A stretch of DNA of 64,000 bases from NCBI GenBank assembly GCA_965649295.1, contig CBFGKH010000006.1:117488-181487 (forward strand). The letters run 5' to 3'. Position 1 is the stretch's first letter. Each line of letters starts with the position of its first letter. This DNA is from a candidate division WOR-3 bacterium. GTDB taxonomy: Bacteria > Hydrothermota > Tepidihabitantia > Tepidihabitantales > Tepidihabitantaceae. Made by a program: the position numbers and the translations under genes. Below are positions 26,222 through 34,630 of this stretch, piece by piece. Under the pieces are notes generated by a model. It searched no databases. It was not told the DNA's origin and saw nothing but the letters and a program-made list of their open reading frames with translations.

Positions 26222-28336
26222 CTAGGAGCCGAGTAGGGTCAGGGTGATGGTGCTGCTCTCGCCTTCGCCAGCCAGTCGGCAGAAATAGACGCCGGTCGCC
26301 AGTCGGTTCCCGAACTCGTCAAGTCCGTCCCATCCAACCGAATGCTCGCCAGCACCAAGGTAACTGTCGAGGAGCGTGCGCACTGCCCTGCCCGACCGGT
26401 CAAATATCGTCATCCGCACCCGCTGCCCTAGCTGCAGGCCAAACCGAATGGTTGCCCCATAACGAACCGGGTTGGGTTGCACCCAAAGACGCTGGCCGAC
26501 TTGGCTGATTGTTGGGCCGGTCCTTGCCAAGGCCAAGGGTGGAGTTTGGTAGTGCTCAATCGGGTAGCCGGGCTCGAGGTCACGACCATTGAACCCGGGA
26601 AAGTCCGGGGCATAGCGTGTTGCCCGGAAGACACTGCTGCTACTAGTCGGGTCGTCGCCCTGCACCAGCGGTGCGGCGGCGACCGGATTCTGGTAGCGCC
26701 AGACAATCCTGCAGTCGGCGGCGACTTCCCGGAAGTTGCCCTTGCCGCCCTCGCAGATCAGGGTATTGCCGTTTGGCAGTCGGTGCGCTCCTGAGATGTA
26801 GGCCGAGAAAAGACTGGAAGGCGGGTCGGCCCGATAGCTCCAGACCAGTTCGCGCGGGCCGTGCGGAACGCCCGGCAACGGCCGTGGATAGCGGCCGGTG
26901 CTGTCTGCCGGCGGCGTGAACTCATCAACTGTCGAGAAACTGCCGCCCGGCCGGTTCAGGCCGTTGTTGTACACCATCAGGTTGCCGGCGCCGGGCAGGC
27001 CGGGCTCAATCCAACGGACGTCGTGCTGGCCAAAGAAGACCTGGTCCATGGCGGTGCCGGCGCGATAGGCCTGGGGATTGCCCCAGCGGTAAAGGATGTC
27101 GCCGCCCATTCCTTGCCGGCCTCCGGTGTGGCCGCGAGCTTCTTCGGTAGTGGTGCTGTGGTCAATTATCCAAATCTCGTTCAGGTTGCGAACGCTGAGC
27201 GCAATCTGGTCCAGCTCAGGGTTGTAGTCAATCGCATTGATGTGCAGCCAGTCTGGGTAGTTTGTGCCGAAGTTGATGTCAACCAGTTCGGGGTGGTCGG
27301 CGACGACGCCGTAGTTGGCTTTGGTTGAGTCGTAGTCTTGAATGAGGTGGTCCCAGACGTGCCATTCCCAGACGATGCGGTTGGTGGCGGGGTCAACCTC
27401 GATGACGTGGTCGGGCCGGAAGCTGTTGAGTACCAGTCCCGGCCGACGACCGGCTGCCAGGGCTTCGGCCCTTGTTTTTGACTCGTAGGCCACCATCAGC
27501 ACGTGGCCGTTGGGCATTGGTTCGACGTCGTGATGCTGACAGTGGAGCGTGTCGGCACAATTGAACGCCCAGATCAGGTTGCCGTTCCAGTCGTAGCGCT
27601 CAACCCGGCCGCCCGGCGCCGAGAACGGGTTGTTGACGCTGGCTGGCCGCAGCAGGCTGCCGTCGGGCAGAAGATAGGCAGAAAGCCCGGGCGTGTACGC
27701 ACTCTGCCACGACCGAATTAGTCGGCCGCAGTTGTCAATGAGATAGGTCTTGGTGGAAAGGATTGGAGCAAAGAGCGTGTAACCCGGCGACGCGCCGCTG
27801 TCGTTCTGCAGTAGCCCAACTGTCGTCCGCTCGGCCGAAAGCTCAACTGCATAGCTTCCGAGTGAGGAATCAGCGCGAAGGTCGTTCCAAGTCCCGACTC
27901 GCCGGCCAACAGCCTCACCGAGATTGACGGCATTGGCGCCACCGGCATTGTCCGGTTCACCGGCTGTCCAGTCCCGGTAGTTCATCGGCTCGCCGGTAAT
28001 CCAGGTCCAACCGCTGTCCGGCTCTGGCGAACCAGCCGGCTGATACCCACCCAGCCATGGTCCAGCCAATCTGCCGTCTGGCCGTTTTCGCCAGAAACGA
28101 TCGGCGTCGGCCTGTGCGAACAGAAATGAATCCTCGGCCGGCGAGGTCAGCGTGGCGAGATAGCCGCCGCGGGCCACTGCTGAGTCATTGGCCTGATACC
28201 AGTTTATCCCCCTATCAACGTTGATGACGTGATAGTAGTGAATCGTGCCGTCAGGATGAACCCACGGCTCCGGCTGGGCGAAAACCGTTCCGGCAAGAGA
28301 AAGAGCAATAGCAACGAACAGTGACTTTGGTCTCAT
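26222..28336 (-). CDS. Secreted C-type lectin + aryl-sulfate sulfotransferase (ASST) + FlgD-Ig/T9SS-like domain fusion
   Basis: Lectin: GGYLATLTS..WLGG..GEPDN..WNDL. ASST: QHHD, WLHINAIDY, LSVRN, GQHDV. C-terminal PNP..WDGLDEFGNRLATGVYF. Confidence 0.85.
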   Translation of the reverse strand: MRPKSLFVAIALSLAGTVFAQPEPWVHPDGTIHYYHVINVDRGINWYQANDSAVARGGYLATLTSPAEDSFLFAQADADRFWRKRPDGRLAGPWLGGYQPAGSPEPDSGWTWITGEPMNYRDWTAGEPDNAGGANAVNLGEAVGRRVGTWNDLRADSSLGSYAVELSAERTTVGLLQNDSGASPGYTLFAPILSTKTYLIDNCGRLIRSWQSAYTPGLSAYLLPDGSLLRPASVNNPFSAPGGRVERYDWNGNLIWAFNCADTLHCQHHDVEPMPNGHVLMVAYESKTRAEALAAGRRPGLVLNSFRPDHVIEVDPATNRIVWEWHVWDHLIQDYDSTKANYGVVADHPELVDINFGTNYPDWLHINAIDYNPELDQIALSVRNLNEIWIIDHSTTTEEARGHTGGRQGMGGDILYRWGNPQAYRAGTAMDQVFFGQHDVRWIEPGLPGAGNLMVYNNGLNRPGGSFSTVDEFTPPADSTGRYPRPLPGVPHGPRELVWSYRADPPSSLFSAYISGAHRLPNGNTLICEGGKGNFREVAADCRIVWRYQNPVAAAPLVQGDDPTSSSSVFRATRYAPDFPGFNGRDLEPGYPIEHYQTPPLALARTGPTISQVGQRLWVQPNPVRYGATIRFGLQLGQRVRMTIFDRSGRAVRTLLDSYLGAGEHSVGWDGLDEFGNRLATGVYFCRLAGEGESSTITLTLLGS

Positions 28337-28491
28337 GGGCTGCCTCCGTTGTCAACCTTGAAGCCGGCTGACGATAAAGCTCATGCTATTAGACATGGTT
28401 GAGACAGGAATACTGCGGTTGTTAGGGAAAGCACGACCGACGGCCGCGATTGGGCCGTGTTCCGCGGTAACCAACGCGGAGCCACAGTTCG

Positions 28492-28520
28492 AGTCTAGGC
28501 TCCGGCCAAAGCCGTGTCAA
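28492..28520 (-). promoter_or_regulatory. Sigma70 promoter of the lectin-ASST gene with long leader
   Basis: TTGACA-N17-TAGACT about 150 nt upstream of ATG 28336; SD GGAGG. Confidence 0.65.
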
Positions 28521-28555
28521 TCAACTCTGTGCTGGTGGGGCCGGGCTGCTGTCGG

Positions 28556-29506
28556 CTAGCTCTCGACGAGTGCGCCCAAGGGCCGCAGAATGCCGAGCCG
28601 CGTCAGTAGCAGGATAAGCAGGGTGTAGCCGGTGGCTACGAGGAAGCTGAGCAGCAGCCGCTGCGGGCGGGTCTCGCGGCCACGGGCAATGGCGGTCGTG
28701 GTCGCCTGGGCCAGCAACAGGATGCCAACGAGATTGGTCAGCCAGTACCCCACCACCATTGCCGGCAGGAAAAGCCGACGGCTGACGAGACTGACAAGGC
28801 TGGCAAAGAACCAGGCCAGTGGCAGGTTGACAACAGCGTCGTTCCACCACGATAGCGGCGAGAGGAGCCATCCGACTGTCGCGAGGATGCCACGGCGGGT
28901 ACGCGGCCCGAGGTAGCGTCCCACCCGCTGACGATAGGCAGCAAATTCCGGGCCGAACTGCTCGGCAAGAAACCGCTCTTCGCGCAAGGTCTGGGCGTGA
29001 AAGGCGCCGGTCCCGATGATGGCAGCGCCAAGCAGCCAGAACGTCGGGTGGATAAGAGACGCGGCCCAGAACCAGAGGATGAAGAAGAGGTATATCGGAT
29101 TGCGGCTGAAGCCATAGATACCGGTCGTGACCAGTCGCGCTGGTCTGGCCAGACCGATTCGCCAGTTCTCGCCCAGGCTGATTGCGGCAATGACGTTGAG
29201 TCCGGCAGCAGCGATGGTCAGCCCAAGTCCGATTGCCGCGAGCGCGTGGGAACGAAATAGCCGCGGCCCTAGCCAGCCCGGCGAGCCGGACGCAAAGGGT
29301 ATCGCGTGCAGGGCAAGGAGCGTACACCAGCCCAGTACAAAGAGAAAAAGCACGAGCGTGGCGAGCCGTTGTCCTGGCTGAGCTGACTCGAAGTGCCCTT
29401 GCCGGCGACGGCGAACCAGTCGGCCAACAGTCAGGCCGAAAAAGAGGGCCAGGGCTGCAAGTTCGATGACGCGACCGGCAAGACCAACGGCATCAGCGTG
29501 AGTCAT
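28556..29506 (-). CDS. Isoprenylcysteine carboxyl methyltransferase (ICMT/PEMT) family protein with extra C-terminal membrane domain
   Basis: LVTTGIYGFSRNPIY, EERFL..FG.EF.AYRQRV; extension LSPLSWWNDAVVNLPLAW. Confidence 0.85.
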   Translation of the reverse strand: MTHADAVGLAGRVIELAALALFFGLTVGRLVRRRRQGHFESAQPGQRLATLVLFLFVLGWCTLLALHAIPFASGSPGWLGPRLFRSHALAAIGLGLTIAAAGLNVIAAISLGENWRIGLARPARLVTTGIYGFSRNPIYLFFILWFWAASLIHPTFWLLGAAIIGTGAFHAQTLREERFLAEQFGPEFAAYRQRVGRYLGPRTRRGILATVGWLLSPLSWWNDAVVNLPLAWFFASLVSLVSRRLFLPAMVVGYWLTNLVGILLLAQATTTAIARGRETRPQRLLLSFLVATGYTLLILLLTRLGILRPLGALVES

Positions 29507-29723
29507 CTACCGGTGCGGCAGGGTCGGCAAGGTATTGGTGCAGTTGGCTAAACCCGGCCCGGTTGCGCAGTATGACCAAAGCAATTAGCCCGAGCAGCAC
29601 CACTGTCACGAGCACGACAAACCAGGTATAGCCGTGACGGTGGCGCGGCCGGCTTGGGAGCTTGTTCAGGGCGGCAAGAATCTGCTGCGCCCGCCGGTCG
29701 TCTTCGGTTGGTGGCTCTTTCAG
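29493..29723 (-). CDS. Small membrane protein missing from the ORF track, probable CTG start (76 aa)
   Basis: Open frame (M)KEPPTEDDRRAQQILAALNKLPSRPRHRHGYTWFVVLVTVVLLGLIALVILRNRAGFSQLHQYLADPAAPVDDSR; CTG overlaps the cupin TGA (CTGA), with SD GAGGTG 5 nt upstream; fills the cupin-ICMT gap. Confidence 0.6.
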   Translation of the reverse strand: MKEPPTEDDRRAQQILAALNKLPSRPRHRHGYTWFVVLVTVVLLGLIALVILRNRAGFSQLHQYLADPAAPVDDSR

Positions 29724-30082
29724 GGCAACACCTCTTCGTCTGCCGGTTGCCAGGCCGGGTCAACGATACAGGCAAACTCAAGGTCGTTGGCGCCGGTGTT
29801 TTCAATCCACTGGACTGCAGCCGGCGGTATGTAGATTGCGACGCCGGCGCTGACTTGGGCCTGTTCGTCACCGATGTGCATGATGCCGATGCCGCGGATG
29901 ATGTAATAGACTTCGCTCGTCTTAAGCCGGTGGGGCCGTGAGCAGGACCCGGGTCGCAGCCGGGCAACTGCCAGTGAGTAGCGAATCGCTGCCTGGTCTC
30001 GCGCCGGGTGGAGAAGCTCGCGGAGGAGTGTCCCGTCGCCGGCGACTATCTCGCGGCAGTCGGCCAGTCGTTTGCAGAGCAT
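29720..30082 (-). CDS. Cupin domain protein
   Basis: HRLKTSEVYYIIRG.G.M.IG..IYIPP..QWIENTG cupin motifs. Confidence 0.88.
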   Translation of the reverse strand: MLCKRLADCREIVAGDGTLLRELLHPARDQAAIRYSLAVARLRPGSCSRPHRLKTSEVYYIIRGIGIMHIGDEQAQVSAGVAIYIPPAAVQWIENTGANDLEFACIVDPAWQPADEEVLP

Positions 30083-30106
30083 CTGGCCGTGGGGCCCCCG
30101 GTCAAC

Positions 30107-31630
30107 CTATTGCAGCGGGCCGACTGCCTGTTCAACAGCGGCGAGCAGTTCGCCTTGCCGCACCGCCGCAGTGAGACGGTTGATGTCCTCTTGCACCGGT
30201 CGGTCCTCAACCATCATCGCCACATGCTTGCGGATGACATCGTAGGCAACCTGCGTGCCACGGCCCAACCGCAGCGGCTTGCGGAACTCGACTGCCTGGG
30301 CGCCGGCCATCAGCTCGATGGCGACGACATACCAGGCGTTGTTCTGAATCTGGGCCGTCTTCAGGGCGCTAGTGAAGGCCATCGAGACAAAGTCTTCCTG
30401 GTCGGCGGCGGCCGGTATCGAACCGGTGGCGGCGGGCGCGGCAAGAATCCGGTTCTCGCAGCAGAGCATACCTTGGGTGTACTGGGTGAGCATCAGGCCG
30501 GAGAACATACCCGCGCCCTTGGTGAGGAACGCAGGCAGGCCGCAGGAGAGGTTGCGGTTGAGCAGCCGGTTGGTCCGGCGCTCGCTGAGCACGCCAATCA
30601 TCGTGATGCATGAGCCGACGAGGTCGAGCGGCAGCGCAAGCGGCGTGCCCTGGAAATTGGCGCCGGTCAGGTAGGCCTTCTCGTCCGGGAAGAAGAGCGG
30701 GTTGTCGCCGACGCCGTTCAGTTCGGTCTCAAACATCTGCCGCGCCCAGCTCAGGGCATCCTTGGCACTGCCGACCACCTGCGGGGTTGAGCGGAGCGAG
30801 TAGGCGTCCTGCACCTTCTTGCCCGGCTGCTTGAGCAGCTCGGAGTCGGCGGTCAGCTTGCGGATGTTGGCAGCGCAGTTTATTGCGCCGGGATAGCCGC
30901 GCACCCGGTGAATCCGCTCGTCATAGGCAGCCATGTTCGCATTGAGAACCTCAAGGGTCAGGGCCGCGGCGATCTCCGAGACTTTGAAGTAGTGGTCGGC
31001 ATCACAAAGCTGCAGCGCGCCCCAGCCGGCCGTCATGTTCGAGCCGTTGATGCAGGCCAGGCCGTCGCGGGCCTCAAACTGTATCGGCTTGATACCGGCC
31101 GCTTTGAGTGCCTCGGCGCCGCCCAGCCGCCGGCCCTGATAGTAGGCCTCGCCTTCGCCGAGCAGAACCAGCGCCATCTGGCTCATCGGTGAGAGGTCGC
31201 CGCACGCGCCGACCGAACCCTTGTCATAGACGACCGGCGTCACGCCCTTGTTGAGCATCTCGACCATTGTCTCGACAACCTTCAGCCGAATGCCGGAGTG
31301 GCCAATTGCCAGTACGTTGATGCGCGAGCACATGCCGGCCCGCACCACCTCTTCGGGCAGCGGCACGCCGCAACCGGCCGAGTGCGAATAGACGATGTAG
31401 CGCTGGAACTTCTCGGTCTGCTCCGGGGTGAGGATTGTCTCCGACAGCTCGCCGATGCCGGTGGTGATACCGTACATCACTGCCCGCGCCTTCACCTTCT
31501 CCTCGATGAAGCCCCGACAGTGGTTGATCCGTTCCTTGGCTTCGGGCGCGAGCTCAACCGGCTCGCGCTGCCGCGCCACCCGCACAACATCCTCAAGCTT
31601 CAGGCTCTTGCCATTGAGAATAACTGCCAC
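30107..31630 (-). CDS. hutH: Histidine ammonia-lyase (MIO-dependent aromatic amino acid lyase)
   Basis: YGITTGIG, YSHSAG (His-type specificity), GSVGACGDL, QDAYSLRSTPQV, DNP, QEDFVSM. GTG 31630 after SD GGAGG. Confidence 0.88.
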   Translation of the reverse strand: MAVILNGKSLKLEDVVRVARQREPVELAPEAKERINHCRGFIEEKVKARAVMYGITTGIGELSETILTPEQTEKFQRYIVYSHSAGCGVPLPEEVVRAGMCSRINVLAIGHSGIRLKVVETMVEMLNKGVTPVVYDKGSVGACGDLSPMSQMALVLLGEGEAYYQGRRLGGAEALKAAGIKPIQFEARDGLACINGSNMTAGWGALQLCDADHYFKVSEIAAALTLEVLNANMAAYDERIHRVRGYPGAINCAANIRKLTADSELLKQPGKKVQDAYSLRSTPQVVGSAKDALSWARQMFETELNGVGDNPLFFPDEKAYLTGANFQGTPLALPLDLVGSCITMIGVLSERRTNRLLNRNLSCGLPAFLTKGAGMFSGLMLTQYTQGMLCCENRILAAPAATGSIPAAADQEDFVSMAFTSALKTAQIQNNAWYVVAIELMAGAQAVEFRKPLRLGRGTQVAYDVIRKHVAMMVEDRPVQEDINRLTAAVRQGELLAAVEQAVGPLQ

Positions 31631-31673
31631 GTTATTGCCTCCGTATGAGTCGGCGCTGCCACGGCGCCGGGTC

Positions 31674-32438
31674 TTATTCGTTCGGACTCGGGCGCCGGTC
31701 TTCGGGCCGACGCCGGGGCGGAACCGAGCGCCGGACCGGCGGCCGGGTTCGCTTCTCCATGTCCGCCACATGGCTGCCCGGCCAGAATACCTTGCGGCAT
31801 TTCGGACAGCGGCGGAACTCGTAGTGAATCTGATAGACAAAGAACGGCACCTGGGGCCGCGCCTGCTCGCGGGTGATCTTCTCCAGCGGCGTGTTGCACT
31901 CCAGACAGCGGCCAAACTCGGCCGTCGGCTGGATTGGCTCCTCGCGCCGGGGTCGGACCTCGCGGCGGTGCTCATATCGCCGCTGGTCGCTACGACGGTG
32001 CCCGGCTGACTCCGGTTGGGCCGGCAGGGGCAGGGCAGCCAGCGGTGCTACTGACGGCAGGGACGGAGCCGGAACGGCGGACGGCTGTTCCTTGACCGGC
32101 ACCGGCGGCTTGAGACCACTAGCCAGCGCTGCCTTGACCTCGGCAACCTGCTCTGCCGCTGCCGTGGAGTTGATGAACACAACCCCTGCCAGCTCGCGCA
32201 GCCGATTGGCCCGGGTCAGAAGAATCCGGCCCTGCTGCCGGGCTACCCGATAGGCAGCCATACCGGCAAGGTTGCGCTCGTAGGCTACATCCATCCCCAA
32301 AAGCCGCAGCTCGCGCGCCAGCTTGCCCAGCATCACATCACACAGAAACCCAACCACGGCCGGGTCTTTGGGTGGCGGTACGCGGCGCGAACGGCGGCGG
32401 CTGGGCGACCGCTCCGCGGCCGGAACGTTCTCTGTCAC
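31674..32438 (-). CDS. Mut7-C RNase domain protein (PIN-like fold plus Zn ribbon) with Pro/Arg-rich insertion
   Basis: FLCDVMLGKLARELRLLGMD, ILLTR, RCLECN..CPKCRKVFWPGSH. GTG 32438 lies 8 nt after TTGATT-N16-TACAGT. Confidence 0.85.
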   Translation of the reverse strand: MTENVPAAERSPSRRRSRRVPPPKDPAVVGFLCDVMLGKLARELRLLGMDVAYERNLAGMAAYRVARQQGRILLTRANRLRELAGVVFINSTAAAEQVAEVKAALASGLKPPVPVKEQPSAVPAPSLPSVAPLAALPLPAQPESAGHRRSDQRRYEHRREVRPRREEPIQPTAEFGRCLECNTPLEKITREQARPQVPFFVYQIHYEFRRCPKCRKVFWPGSHVADMEKRTRPPVRRSVPPRRRPEDRRPSPNE

Positions 32439-32584
32439 TGACCGATACTGTAGCACAAACCAGTCCGAAATCAAGCGGCGTGGCCGCAACCGGAAAAACC
32501 GGCAAGCGACCAGACCGATTCCTGCCGCAACTGGCCGGCGCGCTGGGCCGGTTCGCTCACCGCCTCGATTGCTTGACCTCTGCC

Positions 32585-32701
32585 GGTTGCGACGCTAGAT
32601 TATGGCCAAAGACCGTTCCGAGTGACCATGAAAGAGTTGCTCTCCTGGGCTTCTGCCCAGGAGGGTTGCGACGCTAGATTATGGCCAAAGACCGTTCCGA
32701 G
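32585..32701 (+). repeat. Perfect 38-bp direct repeat flanking a 41-bp hairpin-containing spacer
   Basis: ggttgcgacgctagattatggccaaagaccgttccgag at 32585-32622 and 32664-32701; spacer contains ctcctgggc-ttct-gcccaggag. Confidence 0.9.
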
Positions 32702-32708
32702 AGGCACT

Positions 32709-33194
32709 GTGAATACCAAAGAGCGTCTGGTCCGACTTGCCGCGATTGCGGTGCTGACCGCCATCTTCCTCGGTGCCTGTGCGCCGGGCAATGCCCGCTG
32801 GTCAACCGAAACCGGCCGCCCGGCCAACTTCTGGGCCGGTCTCTGGCACGGCCTGATAGTCGTTGTCACCTTCATCGTCAGCCTCTTCACCAAGGAAGTG
32901 AAGATCTACGAGACGAACAATGTCGGCTGGGCCTACAACCTCGGTTTTCTCCTCGGCGCAATGGTCTCCTTGGGCGGCGGTGCCCGCTCGGCCTGCCACC
33001 GGCGACGGCGCGAACCGGACTGGGAGCGCATTGGCGAAAAGATCGCCGGCGCGGTTCGGGCTCAGGTCCTGCGCGACGAGTTCAAGCCCAAGGCCAGTCC
33101 TGACCAGCGCTCCGGCGCTGACGACTGGGACGAGTTCAGCCGCCGCATTGAGGACTGCATCCGCACCGAGTTCAAAAAGAAGTGGGATGACTAG
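32709..33194 (+). CDS. Conserved hypothetical membrane lipoprotein
   Basis: GTG after GAGG; lipobox FLGAC; FWAGLWHG..IYE.NN.GW.Y.LGFLLG. Confidence 0.7.
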   Translation: MNTKERLVRLAAIAVLTAIFLGACAPGNARWSTETGRPANFWAGLWHGLIVVVTFIVSLFTKEVKIYETNNVGWAYNLGFLLGAMVSLGGGARSACHRRRREPDWERIGEKIAGAVRAQVLRDEFKPKASPDQRSGADDWDEFSRRIEDCIRTEFKKKWDD

Positions 33195-33195
33195 C

Positions 33196-34437
33196 ATGGC
33201 TGGCAGCAAGTTTCGCCGTCGGCGGTCATTCTGCTCCCCGTGGTCAGCCCTCTGGACTATCGCCGCTGCTTTCGGCCTGCTGTTCGCCCCGGCTCGCGCT
33301 GCCCGCTTTCTTGGCGAGCAGTCCTACACCCTGCCCGCCAATGAGACCCGCATCGGCGACTTCTACTTTGGCGGCACGATGCTCCGCATCGAGGGCCGCC
33401 TTGACGGCTCCTGTCTAGCCGCTGCCCAGTCTATCACCATCGCTGGCCCGGTCTCCCGCAACCTCTTCCTCGCTGCCCAGACAGTTGACGTCTCCGGTGC
33501 TGCCGGCGGCGATGTTGCCTGTCTGGCAGCGACAGTCAACTTCACTGGCCGCACTCCCGCTGCCTTGCGCGTCGGCGCCGGTTCGGTCTATGTTGACGGC
33601 GCTGTTGGCCAGGACCTGCTGGCGGGTTGCGGCAATCTGACAATCGCCAAAAACTCCGAAATCAAGGGCGACCTTTTGGCAGGCTGTCGGTCACTGGAGA
33701 TCGCCGGCACAATCCGCGGCGACGTCCGCGCCGTGGCCAGAGAGATCACCATCGCCGGCACAATTGACGGCGACGTCGAGGTGACGGTCGCTGACCGGCT
33801 GACTCTGGGGCCAGACGCCCGGGTTTACGGCAACCTGCGCTACCGTTCGAGCAAGAAGCTCGACCTCGGCAACCCCGACCTCGTGTTCGGCAATATCGAA
33901 CACATCCGGCTCGAATCGCCCCGTGACGTCGATGACATCCGCAGCCTGCGGCCGCGGCCGAGCATGTTTGTCACCTTCCTGCTGCCGCTCACCCTCTTCT
34001 CAATTCTCGGCGCCTTGGTCGTTGGCTTTCTGCTCATCGCCATCTGGCAGCACGTCATCGCCCAAGCGCTCGAACGCTCAATAAACCACTGGGTGCGCAC
34101 GTTCGGCTTTGGCCTCATCGGCTTTCTGATTGGGCCAATGAGCATCATTATCGGCCTTGCCCTGATTATCACCATTCCGGCCGCACTGATTGCCGGTGTC
34201 GCCTATCTTGTCTTTCTCTATGTCGGCAAGGTACTGGCCGGCATGTTCCTCGGCAAGCTCCTCTTTCGCATCTTTGGCGCACCCGATGTCTCGCTCTGGG
34301 CCGCCGCGCCGCTGGGCATCGTGATTGTCTGGGCCCTCTGCGCCATCCCTTACGTCGGCATGGTCATCTGGCTCGCAGCCATCGCCTTGGGCTTCGGTGT
34401 CATCGCCGAACTTATCGGCATGTCCCGCCAGCCCTGA
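33196..34437 (+). CDS. Bactofilin-like (polymer-forming) beta-helix repeats plus multi-pass membrane C-terminal domain
   Basis: Repeats I.G.V.GD(L/V)..AA..V.I.G; hydrophobic C-terminal half; ATG 33196 directly after the upstream stop. Confidence 0.75.
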   Translation: MAGSKFRRRRSFCSPWSALWTIAAAFGLLFAPARAARFLGEQSYTLPANETRIGDFYFGGTMLRIEGRLDGSCLAAAQSITIAGPVSRNLFLAAQTVDVSGAAGGDVACLAATVNFTGRTPAALRVGAGSVYVDGAVGQDLLAGCGNLTIAKNSEIKGDLLAGCRSLEIAGTIRGDVRAVAREITIAGTIDGDVEVTVADRLTLGPDARVYGNLRYRSSKKLDLGNPDLVFGNIEHIRLESPRDVDDIRSLRPRPSMFVTFLLPLTLFSILGALVVGFLLIAIWQHVIAQALERSINHWVRTFGFGLIGFLIGPMSIIIGLALIITIPAALIAGVAYLVFLYVGKVLAGMFLGKLLFRIFGAPDVSLWAAAPLGIVIVWALCAIPYVGMVIWLAAIALGFGVIAELIGMSRQP

Positions 34438-34566
34438 GTCCAAGATTTCTCTTGCGTTAGCAGCTCCACTCTCCTTGCCCGCACCCTCCTGTCGTCCCAA
34501 GATGGTGGTTGCTGCGGTGGTGGTGGCGACGGCGATGGTTCCCACTCTCCTTGACCGTACGTTCCT

Positions 34567-34603
34567 GTCATTCCGAGACCGCGCAGCGGTCGAGGAATCG
34601 CCG
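34567..34603. repeat. REP/dRS3-like palindrome, copy 2
   Basis: gtcattccgagaccgcgcagcggtcgaggaatcgccg; same termini as 16612-16648. Confidence 0.65.
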
Positions 34604-34630
34604 GTCCTAGCCTGAGCAAAGCCAGGCCAC

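Noticed and set aside
28478-28503. tRNA fragment (gttcgagtc T-loop-like sequence in a hairpin)
   Set aside because: No acceptor, D or anticodon arms; it overlaps a promoter -10.
32585-32701. Bona fide CRISPR array
   Set aside because: Only two repeats, no cas genes in the window and no typical GAAA(C/G) end; kept as a direct-repeat finding.
34440-34566. Small Pro-rich minus-strand ORF and 12-bp duplicate ccactctccttg
   Set aside because: It overlaps the 3' end of a real gene in antisense, has no clear SD, and two copies of a 12-mer are too weak to call.
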